From positions 1-39,508 of the forward strand of contig JAOPTW010000085.1 of NCBI GenBank assembly GCA_051532035.1: 39,508 nucleotides of DNA. Direction: 5' to 3'. Shown here piece by piece: positions 8,665-19,030 of this stretch (the first letter of the stretch is position 1; every line of letters begins with the position of its first letter). This DNA is from Fibrobacterales bacterium (GTDB lineage: Bacteria > Fibrobacterota > Fibrobacteria > Fibrobacterales > JAOPTW01). The position numbers and the translations under genes are program-made. The notes below the pieces were generated by a model. That model was not told the DNA's origin and ran no database searches. It saw only the letters and a list, made by a program, of their open reading frames with translations.

Positions 8665-9420
8665 ATGAGTAACAAATGTTTCGTAATAATGCCTTTTTCA
8701 GAAACTTTTGAAAGATATTATAAAGGTATAATCAAGCCGGCAATTCAAAAAAATGATTTAGACCCTATTAGAGCAGATAGTCTTTTTAAATCTACCCATA
8801 TTATGGAAGATATATGGAATTCAATAAAAGAAGCAAACATTTGTATTGCAGAGCTCACTGGAAAAAATCCTAATGTATTTTATGAGCTCGGATTAGCTCA
8901 TGCTCAGAAAAAGCCTGTGATATTAGTATCAGAAAGTATAGATGATGTTCCCTTTGATCTCAGACCACTTAGGGTTTTAATATATGATAAGAATGACCAT
9001 GAATGGGGCAAAAACCTTCTTGATAAGATAGATAAGGCCATTAAAGAGACTATTAAATCCCCGTCAAAAGCTATACCACAAACTTTTCGTGATTATAAAG
9101 CACCTGTTTCAGCGGGAGAAATAGATTTTACTTCCCGCATGGATGAGCTAGAATCAGAAATTGTGAGGCTTCAAATGAGTCAAAATTACGGAACACCTCC
9201 ACAAACTTACCCAATTGTTGTAGGTCCATTTGAAGAGGAAGAAGAATTTGACGAGTTTTTTAAATTAGGTGACAATGTAGAGCACCCTAAATTCGGTCCG
9301 GGCACTGTGATTGCTACTGAGGGTGGAGGGATTTATATAAAATATACAGTTAAATTTAGCAATGATATTGTTAAGAAGATAATGCATAAATATGCCAATT
9401 TGAAAAAAATTAGTGAATAA
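8665..9420 (+). CDS. Nucleoside 2-deoxyribosyltransferase/TIR-like domain fused to C-terminal PcrA/UvrD-type Tudor domain
   Basis: CFVIMPFS...IRAD...IAELTGKNPNVFYELGLAHA...VPFDL; C-terminus FKLGDNVEHPKFGPGTVI...VKF....KK.....A.L..I like the PcrA/UvrD CTD; GAGGA RBS. Confidence 0.75.
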   Translation: MSNKCFVIMPFSETFERYYKGIIKPAIQKNDLDPIRADSLFKSTHIMEDIWNSIKEANICIAELTGKNPNVFYELGLAHAQKKPVILVSESIDDVPFDLRPLRVLIYDKNDHEWGKNLLDKIDKAIKETIKSPSKAIPQTFRDYKAPVSAGEIDFTSRMDELESEIVRLQMSQNYGTPPQTYPIVVGPFEEEEEFDEFFKLGDNVEHPKFGPGTVIATEGGGIYIKYTVKFSNDIVKKIMHKYANLKKISE

Positions 9421-9444
9421 GGTTTCTTAGGAATAAAGAAGAAC

Positions 9445-10446
9445 ATGACAACAAACACAAACAACCTCGCAGCATACATCTGGTCCCTCGCAGATCTCCT
9501 TCGTGGATATTTCAAGCAGTCTCAATACGGTAGAGTAATCCTTCCATTCACCCTCCTCAGAAGACTTGAGTGCGTACTCGAAGCATCTAAGGATAAGGTT
9601 CTGAAAGAGAACGAGAAGGTGAAGAAGATGAAGCTCCCTGAAGAGGCTTCTGAGAAGTTGTTGCTGAGGAAGACTAATGGTCTGGCTTTTTGCAATACAT
9701 CTAAGATGGACTTGAGCAAGCTTGGTGAATCGGGTATTAAGGATAACCTTGAGTCATACATACAGGGGTTCAGTAAGAGTGCGCGGGAGATATTTGAGTA
9801 TTTCAATTTTACTGAGTTTATTGGTCAGTTGAATGATGCCAACCTGCTCTATAAAATTGTGCAGAAGGTGCAGAATACAGATCTCAGTCCTCAGTCGGTC
9901 TCTAACTATGAGATGGGGCTTATCTTTGAAGAGTTGATTCGTAAGTTTGCAGAGAGTTCTAATGAGACAGCGGGGGAGCACTTTACTCCTCGTGATATCG
10001 TGCGTCTTACTACTTCGCTTGTATTTCTTGAAGATGATGATGCACTGTCGAAAAGTGATATCATCCGAACCATTTATGATCCTACTGCCGGAACGGGTGG
10101 ATTTCTCTCTTCTGGTATGGAGTATGTATATGAATTGAATCCTAATGCGGTGATGCGTGCCTATGGTCAGGAGCTTAATCCTGAGAGTTATGGTATCTGT
10201 AAGGCTGATATGCTCATTAAGGGGCAGGAAGTTGATAATATCAAGTTGGGTAATACGCTCTCTAATGATCACCTCTATGGAGAGACCTTTGACTACATGC
10301 TTTCGAACCCTCCTTTTGGCGTAGACTGGAAGAAGATTGAGGGGAGTATTAAAGATGAGCACATTCAGAAAGGGTTTGATGGTCGTTTCGGGCCGGGGCT
10401 TCCTCGGGTATCTGATGGATCGCTTCTCTTTGTAAGTGCTGCTTAG
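9445..10446 (+). pseudogene. hsdM: Type I R-M methyltransferase subunit, 3'-truncated
   Basis: [49 protein letters not shown]; ends abruptly after [10 protein letters not shown] (about 10432) into AT-rich DNA, lacking the rest of the MTase domain. Confidence 0.9.
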
Positions 10447-10525
10447 CATGTTTTTTATAAATGAATCGTCTAGTAGTTGTATTGATTGAGGTTAGAGTTT
10501 AAAATATTATATAAGGAAATAGGTA

Positions 10526-12376
10526 ATGGAAATATCACCAGATAATCAAATAATAGACAGAGTTTTTTCTAACACAACATATAATATTGACTTCTATCAG
10601 AGGGACTATAAATGGACTGCTGAGCCAGTTTTACGTTTACTCGATGATATATTCTTTAAGTTTAATATTGAATATAAAAAGAATGATGATCTTAAACCTA
10701 GTACAGAGACTGTTGTTGCGAAGTACCCATGGTATTATCTAAACACCTATGTAACAAACGCTATAGAAGGGAAAGTCTATGTTGTAGATGGGCAACAACG
10801 ACTTACTACCTTAACTCTAATATTGGTTAAACTATTGTCACAGTCAAAAGAACTAAAGTGTGAAGAACCTTTTTGCAAATGGATAGAGAGCAAAATAACT
10901 GGATATTCAGGGGGTAGTTTTTCTTTTTGGATGAATCATGAACGGTCGATTTCAGTTTTGGAGGCCTTATTTAAAGGTGATATAGAGTTAAAAGATATAG
11001 ACACATCAGCGAGTATTACATCGGTTAATATGGTGAGTAATTATAAAACAATTGGTAAATGGCTTGATGAACAATTAGAGTCACAGCACAAATTTAAAAC
11101 ATTTGTTCATTACTTTATGCACCGACTTGTCCTTATAAATTTATCAGTTGAGCAAACAGAAGTACCAATGGTGTTTGAAGTGATAAATGATAGAGGGGTT
11201 AGGTTAAAACCCTATGAAATTATTAAGGGTAAGCTCCTTGGGCAAATTGATAAATTTGAATTGGATAAATACGATTACAATTCACTTTGGGAAAAGCAAG
11301 TAATAAATATAAACAATTTCAAAGAAGATGAAATAGATACTTTTTTTAGGTATTACCTAAAGGCAAAATACGCGAATAGTCGGAAAGAAGGGACTAAATT
11401 TGACGGTGATTATCATCGGGAAATGTTTACCCAAGAAATGAATGAATCCCTACAGCTAAGCCATAACCCCTCTAAAGTTAAGGAATTTCTTAATACCACA
11501 TTTACCTATTACAGTGAATTATATATAAAGCTGTTGAACGGTTACTACGCGAAAAATCAAAAATTCCCGTCTGTATTTGTTAATAGATTGAATGAAATGG
11601 ATGGACAATTTCTATTAATCTTATCAGCCTGTAATTTAAATGATACAGATGAAGATGAAAAAATAGAAAAGGTAGCATTTGAAATAGATAGACTATTTTC
11701 TTTACTACAGCTACAAAATTCTTATGATAGTAATGCCTTCTATGAAGTGCTATATAATATATCGCAAGAAATACGTGATGGTTCTGTAGAGGGAATTCGC
11801 CCTGTTTTTGATAAATATTTATTGCAAGAATTATCAAGTAGAAGAAATTCAGAGGCAACGGATTGCATTCAGTATGCCTTTTTTAGAAATACAGGTATAA
11901 GTTTAAACCTGAGGTTTAAAAGGTACTTTTTTGCGCGGATTGATCAGTTTTTTAGCGATAAATTAAACTTAGGTATGAAGCACCCTTTAGAAGAGCTAGT
12001 ATCAAAAACAGGGGCTAAAAGGGGATTTCATATAGAACACATCTTGTCTCATAATGAAGAAAACATTTCACTTTTTAACCATGATGATGATCTGTTTGAG
12101 CAGGAAAGAAACAGGTTAGGTGGTATTCTGTTACTTAAAGGTAAGGATAATTGCTCAAGTAATAATGAGCCGTATGAGCAGAAATTAAAGACCTATGCTA
12201 ATACACTATACTGGAATGAAACACTACGAGAAGATGCTTACAAGTCAAAGCTTGATATGAACGCATTAATGAACGAATATAAACTAGATTTAAAACCAAT
12301 GAATACATTTGGTTTAGATGAATTAGAGGTACGCCAAAGGTTGCTGTTTGAAATTTCAAAAATTATTTGGAATTGA
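10526..12376 (+). CDS. DUF262 + DUF1524 (HNH) protein, GmrSD/SspE-like nuclease
   Basis: FYQRDYKW, VVDGQQRLTTL, FEVINDRG (DUF262); IEHILS...RLGGILLL...N...SN (DUF1524). Confidence 0.88.
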   Translation: MEISPDNQIIDRVFSNTTYNIDFYQRDYKWTAEPVLRLLDDIFFKFNIEYKKNDDLKPSTETVVAKYPWYYLNTYVTNAIEGKVYVVDGQQRLTTLTLILVKLLSQSKELKCEEPFCKWIESKITGYSGGSFSFWMNHERSISVLEALFKGDIELKDIDTSASITSVNMVSNYKTIGKWLDEQLESQHKFKTFVHYFMHRLVLINLSVEQTEVPMVFEVINDRGVRLKPYEIIKGKLLGQIDKFELDKYDYNSLWEKQVININNFKEDEIDTFFRYYLKAKYANSRKEGTKFDGDYHREMFTQEMNESLQLSHNPSKVKEFLNTTFTYYSELYIKLLNGYYAKNQKFPSVFVNRLNEMDGQFLLILSACNLNDTDEDEKIEKVAFEIDRLFSLLQLQNSYDSNAFYEVLYNISQEIRDGSVEGIRPVFDKYLLQELSSRRNSEATDCIQYAFFRNTGISLNLRFKRYFFARIDQFFSDKLNLGMKHPLEELVSKTGAKRGFHIEHILSHNEENISLFNHDDDLFEQERNRLGGILLLKGKDNCSSNNEPYEQKLKTYANTLYWNETLREDAYKSKLDMNALMNEYKLDLKPMNTFGLDELEVRQRLLFEISKIIWN

Positions 12377-12452
12377 GTCATTAGTAATTCATAAATGACT
12401 AATTAATACAAAAAAATTAGGCGTTATGAAACAATTACTTTAAGGGTAAAAA

Positions 12453-15400
12453 ATGATTGAAGTTGGAAATATCGTAAAAAATCTAGATATCAATGAAAGT
12501 GTAAAGATTATTGATATAAAAAATTTAGGCACTATGAAGTCAGTGTCATATATTGGTGTAAATAGTCAACGAAACAGTAGCAAAGTATTAGATCAAGCTA
12601 CTTTTGATTCATTGGAGATTATCGGTAATGACAAAGAACACCATTTTACTGGCGACCCTACCAAATTTAAACTTTATGCTGAGGCAGAACGAATAAATTC
12701 TGCCTATCAATTTGATCCATTATTTGCAGTTAACTGTAGTATAGTAGATCCACTACCACACCAAGTGGAAGCTGTTTATCGCTATTTGCTCCCATTGCCT
12801 CAAATTCGTTTTTTACTTGCAGATGATACCGGCGCAGGAAAAACAATAATGGCTGGCTTACTTATTAAAGAGTTGATGATGAGAGGGCTGGTAGAAAGAA
12901 TTTTGATTATAACTCCTGGTGGTTTGACTAAGCAATGGCAAGAAGATGAGATGGGATTGAAATTCAATATTCCCTTTAAGCTTGTTAATAGAGCAGTGTT
13001 TAACTCGGACCCAACAATCTTTTCAAATTCAAATAAAATTGTTACTTCAATTGACTTCCTGCGTGGTGAGGATGTTATGAATGTCCTTGAGAGTACAAGA
13101 TGGGATATGATAATTGTCGATGAAGCGCATAAACTTTCGGCCTTTGAATATGGCAAGAAAAAATATGTATCAAAACGGTATGAAGCAATTCACAAAATGT
13201 CGTTGCTTACTGAGCACTTGCTTCTTTTGACAGCAACACCGCATAGAGGCAGAAAAGATACTTTTAGGAATTTATTACAGTTATTAGATGAAGATATTTT
13301 TTCTTCAGACTCCATGGTAACCTCGCGGGTTAAAGAGGTTGGAGAAGAAGGTGTGAATAAGTTCTTTATCAGAAGATTAAAAGAGCAAATGAAAGATTGG
13401 GATGGAAAACCTTTATTTAAACCTCGCCATACTAAAACTACTTGTTATGAATTAACTGAAGATGAGAAACTATTATATAAAGAAGTTACTTCGTATCTAA
13501 CGAGGAAGCGAAAGCAAGCAGTAGAAAAACAAAATATACATGTAGAATTGACGTTGATGGTGATGCAGCGTAGATTGACAAGTTCCATTTATGCTATAAA
13601 TAAAACACTGAATAATAGATATAAAGCCCTTAAAGGTCTTTTGGAAGAATTAACCAACAATCCAGCTCTTCTAAAAAAGAAATTGAAGTTTGATTTCGAT
13701 ATGAACAATATTGATGATTATGATGAGTTGAGCGATGATGAACGAGAGGCTTTAGAAGAAATTATATCTGACCCTAGAAAGGCAAAGCTTTTTACAACTG
13801 CAAATGACCTCAAAGAAATTAGGGAAGAGGTTGCCGAAGTTAAAGTACTTGTAGAGTTAGCTGATAGTCTACTAGGAAAAGATGAGCAAAAAGTCATTAA
13901 AGTTCGCAACTTGATGAAATCACAGGGCGTTCTTGAAAATGATGAGAAAATTGTGATTTTCACTGAACATAAAGACACCTTAATTTATCTAGAAAATACT
14001 TTTACTCAAGATGGCTATACGGTTGAGACAATCCATGGTGGTAAATCTGTAGACCAACGTCGTCAAGCTCAATTTAATTTTGCAAATAAAGCACAAATAC
14101 TTCTTGCAACTGATGCGGCGGGCGAAGGAATAAATCTTCAATTTTGCCGTTTACTTATAAATTGGGATATTCCATGGAACCCCAATAGACTTGAACAACG
14201 TATGGGTCGGATTCATAGATATGGTCAAGAAAAGGAAGTAATCGTATTTAATTTAGTCGCGCAAAATACGCGTGAGGGTATGGTCCTTGAAAAGTTATTG
14301 AAGAAACTTGATTTAATTAGAGATCAATTAGGGGATGACCGTGTTTATGATGTTATTTCGGATATATTTGAAGGCGTAAATCTTCAGGATGTTGTAAATA
14401 GTACATTCGAAGGTACTGCAACTGAATATGATGCATATATTGAGTCTAAATTCACAAAGGAAAATGTATCAATTAAAATTGATGAACAGAAAGACTCACT
14501 TGGACATAGTAATGTAGATTATTCAGGGGCAAGACTTTTAAAAGAAAATTCTGATGAAAAAAGATTACAACCAATATATGTTAAACTGTTTTTTGAAAAG
14601 GCGTTAGAGAGTCTTGGTGGTAAGTACGAGGAAGTTAGGCCGTCGATTTACAAAATTATAGAGTTACCAAGTGATATTGTAAGGCTACTGAGTCGAAATT
14701 ATAATGTCTCTACAGAAATAGCTGATGTACTTTTCTGTTTTGATAAAAAGGTGTTCCTAAATTACCAATCATCCGCTGATTTGGGTTGTGTGCATTATAT
14801 TAATCCAGGAAACCCAGTGTTTGATAGTGTTGTACAAGTAGTATTAGACTCTTATCGTGAAGAGATGGTCAAAGGTACTGTTTTGGTGTCACCTGAAGAT
14901 AAAAGTGAATATTTTGCATATTTTATAAAGTCACAGATCACAGATAATAGACCATCTTTTTCTCATGTGAGTATAGCGGATGAACGGTTGGGGTTAGTTT
15001 CTCAGGTGGCTGGAGAATATGCATTGACTTCACCAGCCAAATTTCTTGATCTACATGCCCCTGTAGAATTTGCCAAGAAAATAGACGCTCCACTGTTAGA
15101 TATTACTGATGAAATACTTGCATGGTCTTTTCAGAATATTACACAACCACAGTTTAATGACTCTAAAGAGAAAGTTAAAAAAGATGCTCATAAGCGAAAA
15201 GAGTATCTTGAAACAGCTTTTACCCATATTATAATGGACATGAATGATAAAATAAATGAATTACAGGGTAAAGTCTTGTATGGAGATAAAAAAGCTGGTG
15301 AAAAAATTGTGCATTTTCAAGAAAGGATTGAGGAATTAAATAAAAGGAAATTTGATCGAATAAAACAGCTTGACCAAATGATGCAGTTAGAAATGTGTCC

Positions 15401-15842
15401 TCCTGAAGTGCTTGGTTGTGCTTATGTTGTTCCATTATCTCAAGTAGAATACAACTCACATTATGGTATGTCCCGTGATGATGAAGTTGAAGAAATTGCT
15501 ATGAATATAGCTATGGAATATGAAATAAAGAATGGCTGGGAACCAAAGGATGTATCTCTAAATAATGAAGGGTATGATATCAGGAGTGTCAACTCTGAGT
15601 CAATAAAGCGATATATAGAGGTTAAAGGTCGATCCGCTGATGGGGGAATTATGGTTTCTGAGAATGAGATGAACCGCCTCTCCCAATTGGGTGAAACCGC
15701 CTGGTTATACATCGTAATTCATTGCAAATCAACTCCTGAATTGTTTAGAATTCAAAACCCTGCTAAAAACCTTAAATTTGAGCAAAAATCAAAGGGGATT
15801 CAATACTTTGTGGGAATGGGTGAATGGAGAACTAAAGTGTAA
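12453..15842 (+). CDS. SWI2/SNF2 helicase with C-terminal DUF3883 (NOV_C) nuclease
   Basis: PLPHQ, LLADDTGAGKT, VDEAH, LTATP, TDAAGEGINLQ, EQRMGRIHRYGQ; C-terminal GYDI...IEVKG...SENE. Confidence 0.92.
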   Translation: MIEVGNIVKNLDINESVKIIDIKNLGTMKSVSYIGVNSQRNSSKVLDQATFDSLEIIGNDKEHHFTGDPTKFKLYAEAERINSAYQFDPLFAVNCSIVDPLPHQVEAVYRYLLPLPQIRFLLADDTGAGKTIMAGLLIKELMMRGLVERILIITPGGLTKQWQEDEMGLKFNIPFKLVNRAVFNSDPTIFSNSNKIVTSIDFLRGEDVMNVLESTRWDMIIVDEAHKLSAFEYGKKKYVSKRYEAIHKMSLLTEHLLLLTATPHRGRKDTFRNLLQLLDEDIFSSDSMVTSRVKEVGEEGVNKFFIRRLKEQMKDWDGKPLFKPRHTKTTCYELTEDEKLLYKEVTSYLTRKRKQAVEKQNIHVELTLMVMQRRLTSSIYAINKTLNNRYKALKGLLEELTNNPALLKKKLKFDFDMNNIDDYDELSDDEREALEEIISDPRKAKLFTTANDLKEIREEVAEVKVLVELADSLLGKDEQKVIKVRNLMKSQGVLENDEKIVIFTEHKDTLIYLENTFTQDGYTVETIHGGKSVDQRRQAQFNFANKAQILLATDAAGEGINLQFCRLLINWDIPWNPNRLEQRMGRIHRYGQEKEVIVFNLVAQNTREGMVLEKLLKKLDLIRDQLGDDRVYDVISDIFEGVNLQDVVNSTFEGTATEYDAYIESKFTKENVSIKIDEQKDSLGHSNVDYSGARLLKENSDEKRLQPIYVKLFFEKALESLGGKYEEVRPSIYKIIELPSDIVRLLSRNYNVSTEIADVLFCFDKKVFLNYQSSADLGCVHYINPGNPVFDSVVQVVLDSYREEMVKGTVLVSPEDKSEYFAYFIKSQITDNRPSFSHVSIADERLGLVSQVAGEYALTSPAKFLDLHAPVEFAKKIDAPLLDITDEILAWSFQNITQPQFNDSKEKVKKDAHKRKEYLETAFTHIIMDMNDKINELQGKVLYGDKKAGEKIVHFQERIEELNKRKFDRIKQLDQMMQLEMCPPEVLGCAYVVPLSQVEYNSHYGMSRDDEVEEIAMNIAMEYEIKNGWEPKDVSLNNEGYDIRSVNSESIKRYIEVKGRSADGGIMVSENEMNRLSQLGETAWLYIVIHCKSTPELFRIQNPAKNLKFEQKSKGIQYFVGMGEWRTKV

Positions 15843-15937
15843 TTGCTATATTGATTCTATCCAAAAAAAGAAGAAATCCGTAAAAAATGCTGGTTTTTAT
15901 ATGAAATTGGTTCAATAGTTAATGAATAGGAGTAAAA

Positions 15938-18900
15938 ATGGCCTTGTGTAAAAGATTGATAGAGGTTTCTATGCCAGTAAAAGAAATTTCTGCTGAAAGT
16001 GTGCGAGACAAATCTATTCGTAATGGGCATATCTCTACTCTTCATTTATGGTGGGCTCGGAGACCGTTACCTGTTTGTAGAGCAGTAGTTTTTGCAAGTC
16101 TAGTCCCAGATCCTTTAGATGTAAATTGCTCACAACAGTTTAAAGATTGTGTTGAACTGCTATTAATGAATAATGCTGATGTAAATAGCAGTTTTTCTGC
16201 TGATGTATATAAACCATACGATGATATTCCATTTACAGCGATTGTGGATCCAATGGAAGATAATCTACGCAATAGATTGATGATGTTTATAGGGAAATTT
16301 TCTGACACATTTTTAAAAAATGAGAAGGTAGGTGAGAAGACTCCATCAAAAGATCAAATAAGCGATTATTCACTAATAAAATGGGAAAATAAGAACAATG
16401 AAAGCATAATAGTTATTGCTCAAAAATTAATATGGGTTGCATATAATTCAGAAAAAAGCGACAAGGACAAAAAGTCATGTGAAGAATTATTAATTAATTT
16501 TGAAGAACATTTACAAGGAATTAAAAAATCAGAAAAAGATTTGTTTTTGACAGTCAATAGGCATATTTTAAACGATGATATAATAAATAAGGAAAGTTTA
16601 TTAGCTAGTGCTATTGAAGGTTTTTTGAATAATATGCCAAAAGTTTTCGACCCTTTTGCAGGAGGCGGGGCTATTCCACTGGAGGCTGCAAGATTGGGGT
16701 GTAAGTCTTTTGGCAATGATATTAACCCAGTAGCCCATATTATTCAAAAAGGAAGTTTAGAATATCCCCAACGTTTTGGTAAAGAAATAAGGTACTCTAT
16801 CGATGAGTATAATAGACTCTATGACCCAGTTGTAATGCCTATTGAATCACAAAATTATTATGGTGATAATATAATTGTGAAAAACAGGTTATCTCATGAT
16901 GTTGAATACTGGGCTAAAATTCTTATATCAAGGGCTCATGAGAAGACTTTAGATTATTATAAAATTGATAAATCTGAAAATGCACCAATTCTTTATTACT
17001 GGGCTAGGGTGGGTGTATGTTCAAATCCAAGTTGCATGGCACATGTTCCTTTATTGAAACAGTTCTATCTTTCAAAAAGAAGAGGAGCTGATAAAAAAAA
17101 CTATGTGTATTTAAATCCAATTATAAAGGATAATAATGTTTCTTTTGAGATTAAAAACGGTGAATGTGATTTGGAGGGCTGGAATAAAAGAACTAATCTA
17201 GTATGCCCTTGTTGTGGTAATGTAACTGACTCAAAGGTATTAAAGAAACAGTTTGTAGATGGCATTGCTTATGATAAATTGTTAGTGGTAGTATATCAAG
17301 GCGAGAAAGGGAAAGACTTTAGAATATCAACGGAGCAGGATTTAAGCCTGTTGAATAAAATACCTCATATTGATAGAACTGAATTTTCAAGTAAAATGCA
17401 AGTAGGTAATAATAGGAACTTCAATACACCTGGTTGGGGGGTAACAAATTTCAATGAAATGTTTAATAAAAGACAATTTTTTGGAATTTATATGTTAATT
17501 ACAGAATTTGATAAAATAAAACAATATTTTTCTGAAACTAAAGTCTATCCAAAGGAGTATTCAAAAGCTGTTTCAACCTATATAGGGATCTTAATTGATC
17601 GAATTATTGCTCGTAATAATTCTTTTTGTGTGTGGCATATTTTGCAGGAAACAGTAGAACACCCTTTTGGAAGACAAGCAATACCTATGGTGTTTGATTA
17701 TCCTGAAATGAATATGTTTAGTAATTTATCAGGAGCTTGTTTGGGTCAATTGCCCCAAGTATTAGCAGTGATAAATAGTGAATCTGGATTTAATGTTACA
17801 ACTTGTAGTAATTCATCTAGTGGTGATGAAATGCAATTCAAGAGTAAATACATTACAGCAACAATTACAGATCCACCTTATTTTGATGCAATTGCATATG
17901 CTGATTTAAGTGATTTCTTTTATTTATGGCTAAAAAGAACATTAAAAGATTATTATCCCCTTAATTTTTCGACACCACAGACTCCAAAAAGTGAGGAATG
18001 TACAGCATTGAAACACCATCATTTAGGTGATATAAAGAAAGCTGAACAGCATTTTGAAGCTAAATTGAAACAGGTATTTATTGCCATTGAGAAACAAACC
18101 AATGGATTGGTTTCGATAATGTTTGCACACCAAAGTACCAAAGCCTGGAGTACCCTTTGTAATTCAATCTTATTGTCTAATATGAATATAAGTGCAAGCT
18201 GGGCTAATGATACTGAAATTACTGGAGCCCTTAAATCAAAGAAAGCCACATTAGCTACTTCTGTTACAGTTTCATGTCGACCAATACAAAGAATTGGTAT
18301 TGGAGAATACAGGAAGGTTAAAAGAAACATTGATACGAAAATAAGAAAAGAAGTAAAATTTTTGTATGAGCTAGGGTATCGAGGTGCAGATTTGTTGACT
18401 GCATGCTTTGGTCAAGCAGTAGGAGAGTTTGGCCAGTATGAGACCGTAGAAAAGGCTGATGGGTCAGAGGTTACTGTTGTTGAGCTACTTGAAATGGCGC
18501 GAGAAGCAGCTTTTAATGCAATAATAAGTGATATAGACACTGACGATGCGACTAGGTTTTATATTGGCTGGTTAAACTTATTTGGTTTTAGTGAAGCAAC
18601 ACACGATGATGTAAGAAGGGTATCTCAAATAGGATTAAGCATCGATGCAGATGAACTCGTCTCTACAAATATTCTTCACAGAGAAGGCAGTAAAGAGCAT
18701 TTAACAACTTTAAAGCAACGTATTGATAAAGATTCAAAACTTGGACAATTTAAAAAAGATTTTGATATTGATAAGGCACATAGGGCAATGTGGCTATACG
18801 TCAACCCTGATAGGCAAGTACTGTTGCAATATGTAAAACAGTATGCTGAGAATTCGGAGTCTAGCCTTTGGCGTGTTATCAACTCTTTAGGTGAGTTATT

Positions 18901-19015
18901 ACCACCAGACTCAGAAGATGGCAAAGCCGCTATGGGTTTATTATCAAATAAAGAAATGTTAATTAGAGAATCAAAATCGTTACCAGCAGAAGCAGAACAG
19001 GAATCACTGTTTTAA
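15938..19015 (+). CDS. DUF1156 adenine-specific DNA methyltransferase
   Basis: LIE...HLWWARRPLP (DUF1156), DPFAGGGAIPLEA (SAM motif I), CSNPSC/CPCC Zn ribbon, TDPPY (motif IV); AGGAG RBS. Confidence 0.92.
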   Translation: MALCKRLIEVSMPVKEISAESVRDKSIRNGHISTLHLWWARRPLPVCRAVVFASLVPDPLDVNCSQQFKDCVELLLMNNADVNSSFSADVYKPYDDIPFTAIVDPMEDNLRNRLMMFIGKFSDTFLKNEKVGEKTPSKDQISDYSLIKWENKNNESIIVIAQKLIWVAYNSEKSDKDKKSCEELLINFEEHLQGIKKSEKDLFLTVNRHILNDDIINKESLLASAIEGFLNNMPKVFDPFAGGGAIPLEAARLGCKSFGNDINPVAHIIQKGSLEYPQRFGKEIRYSIDEYNRLYDPVVMPIESQNYYGDNIIVKNRLSHDVEYWAKILISRAHEKTLDYYKIDKSENAPILYYWARVGVCSNPSCMAHVPLLKQFYLSKRRGADKKNYVYLNPIIKDNNVSFEIKNGECDLEGWNKRTNLVCPCCGNVTDSKVLKKQFVDGIAYDKLLVVVYQGEKGKDFRISTEQDLSLLNKIPHIDRTEFSSKMQVGNNRNFNTPGWGVTNFNEMFNKRQFFGIYMLITEFDKIKQYFSETKVYPKEYSKAVSTYIGILIDRIIARNNSFCVWHILQETVEHPFGRQAIPMVFDYPEMNMFSNLSGACLGQLPQVLAVINSESGFNVTTCSNSSSGDEMQFKSKYITATITDPPYFDAIAYADLSDFFYLWLKRTLKDYYPLNFSTPQTPKSEECTALKHHHLGDIKKAEQHFEAKLKQVFIAIEKQTNGLVSIMFAHQSTKAWSTLCNSILLSNMNISASWANDTEITGALKSKKATLATSVTVSCRPIQRIGIGEYRKVKRNIDTKIRKEVKFLYELGYRGADLLTACFGQAVGEFGQYETVEKADGSEVTVVELLEMAREAAFNAIISDIDTDDATRFYIGWLNLFGFSEATHDDVRRVSQIGLSIDADELVSTNILHREGSKEHLTTLKQRIDKDSKLGQFKKDFDIDKAHRAMWLYVNPDRQVLLQYVKQYAENSESSLWRVINSLGELLPPDSEDGKAAMGLLSNKEMLIRESKSLPAEAEQESLF

Positions 19016-19030
19016 TTATTAGGAACTATT

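Noticed and set aside
12378..12402. AGTCATT...AATGACT inverted repeat after the DUF262 gene
   Set aside because: Short and AT-rich with no U-tract; not enough to call a terminator or recombination site.
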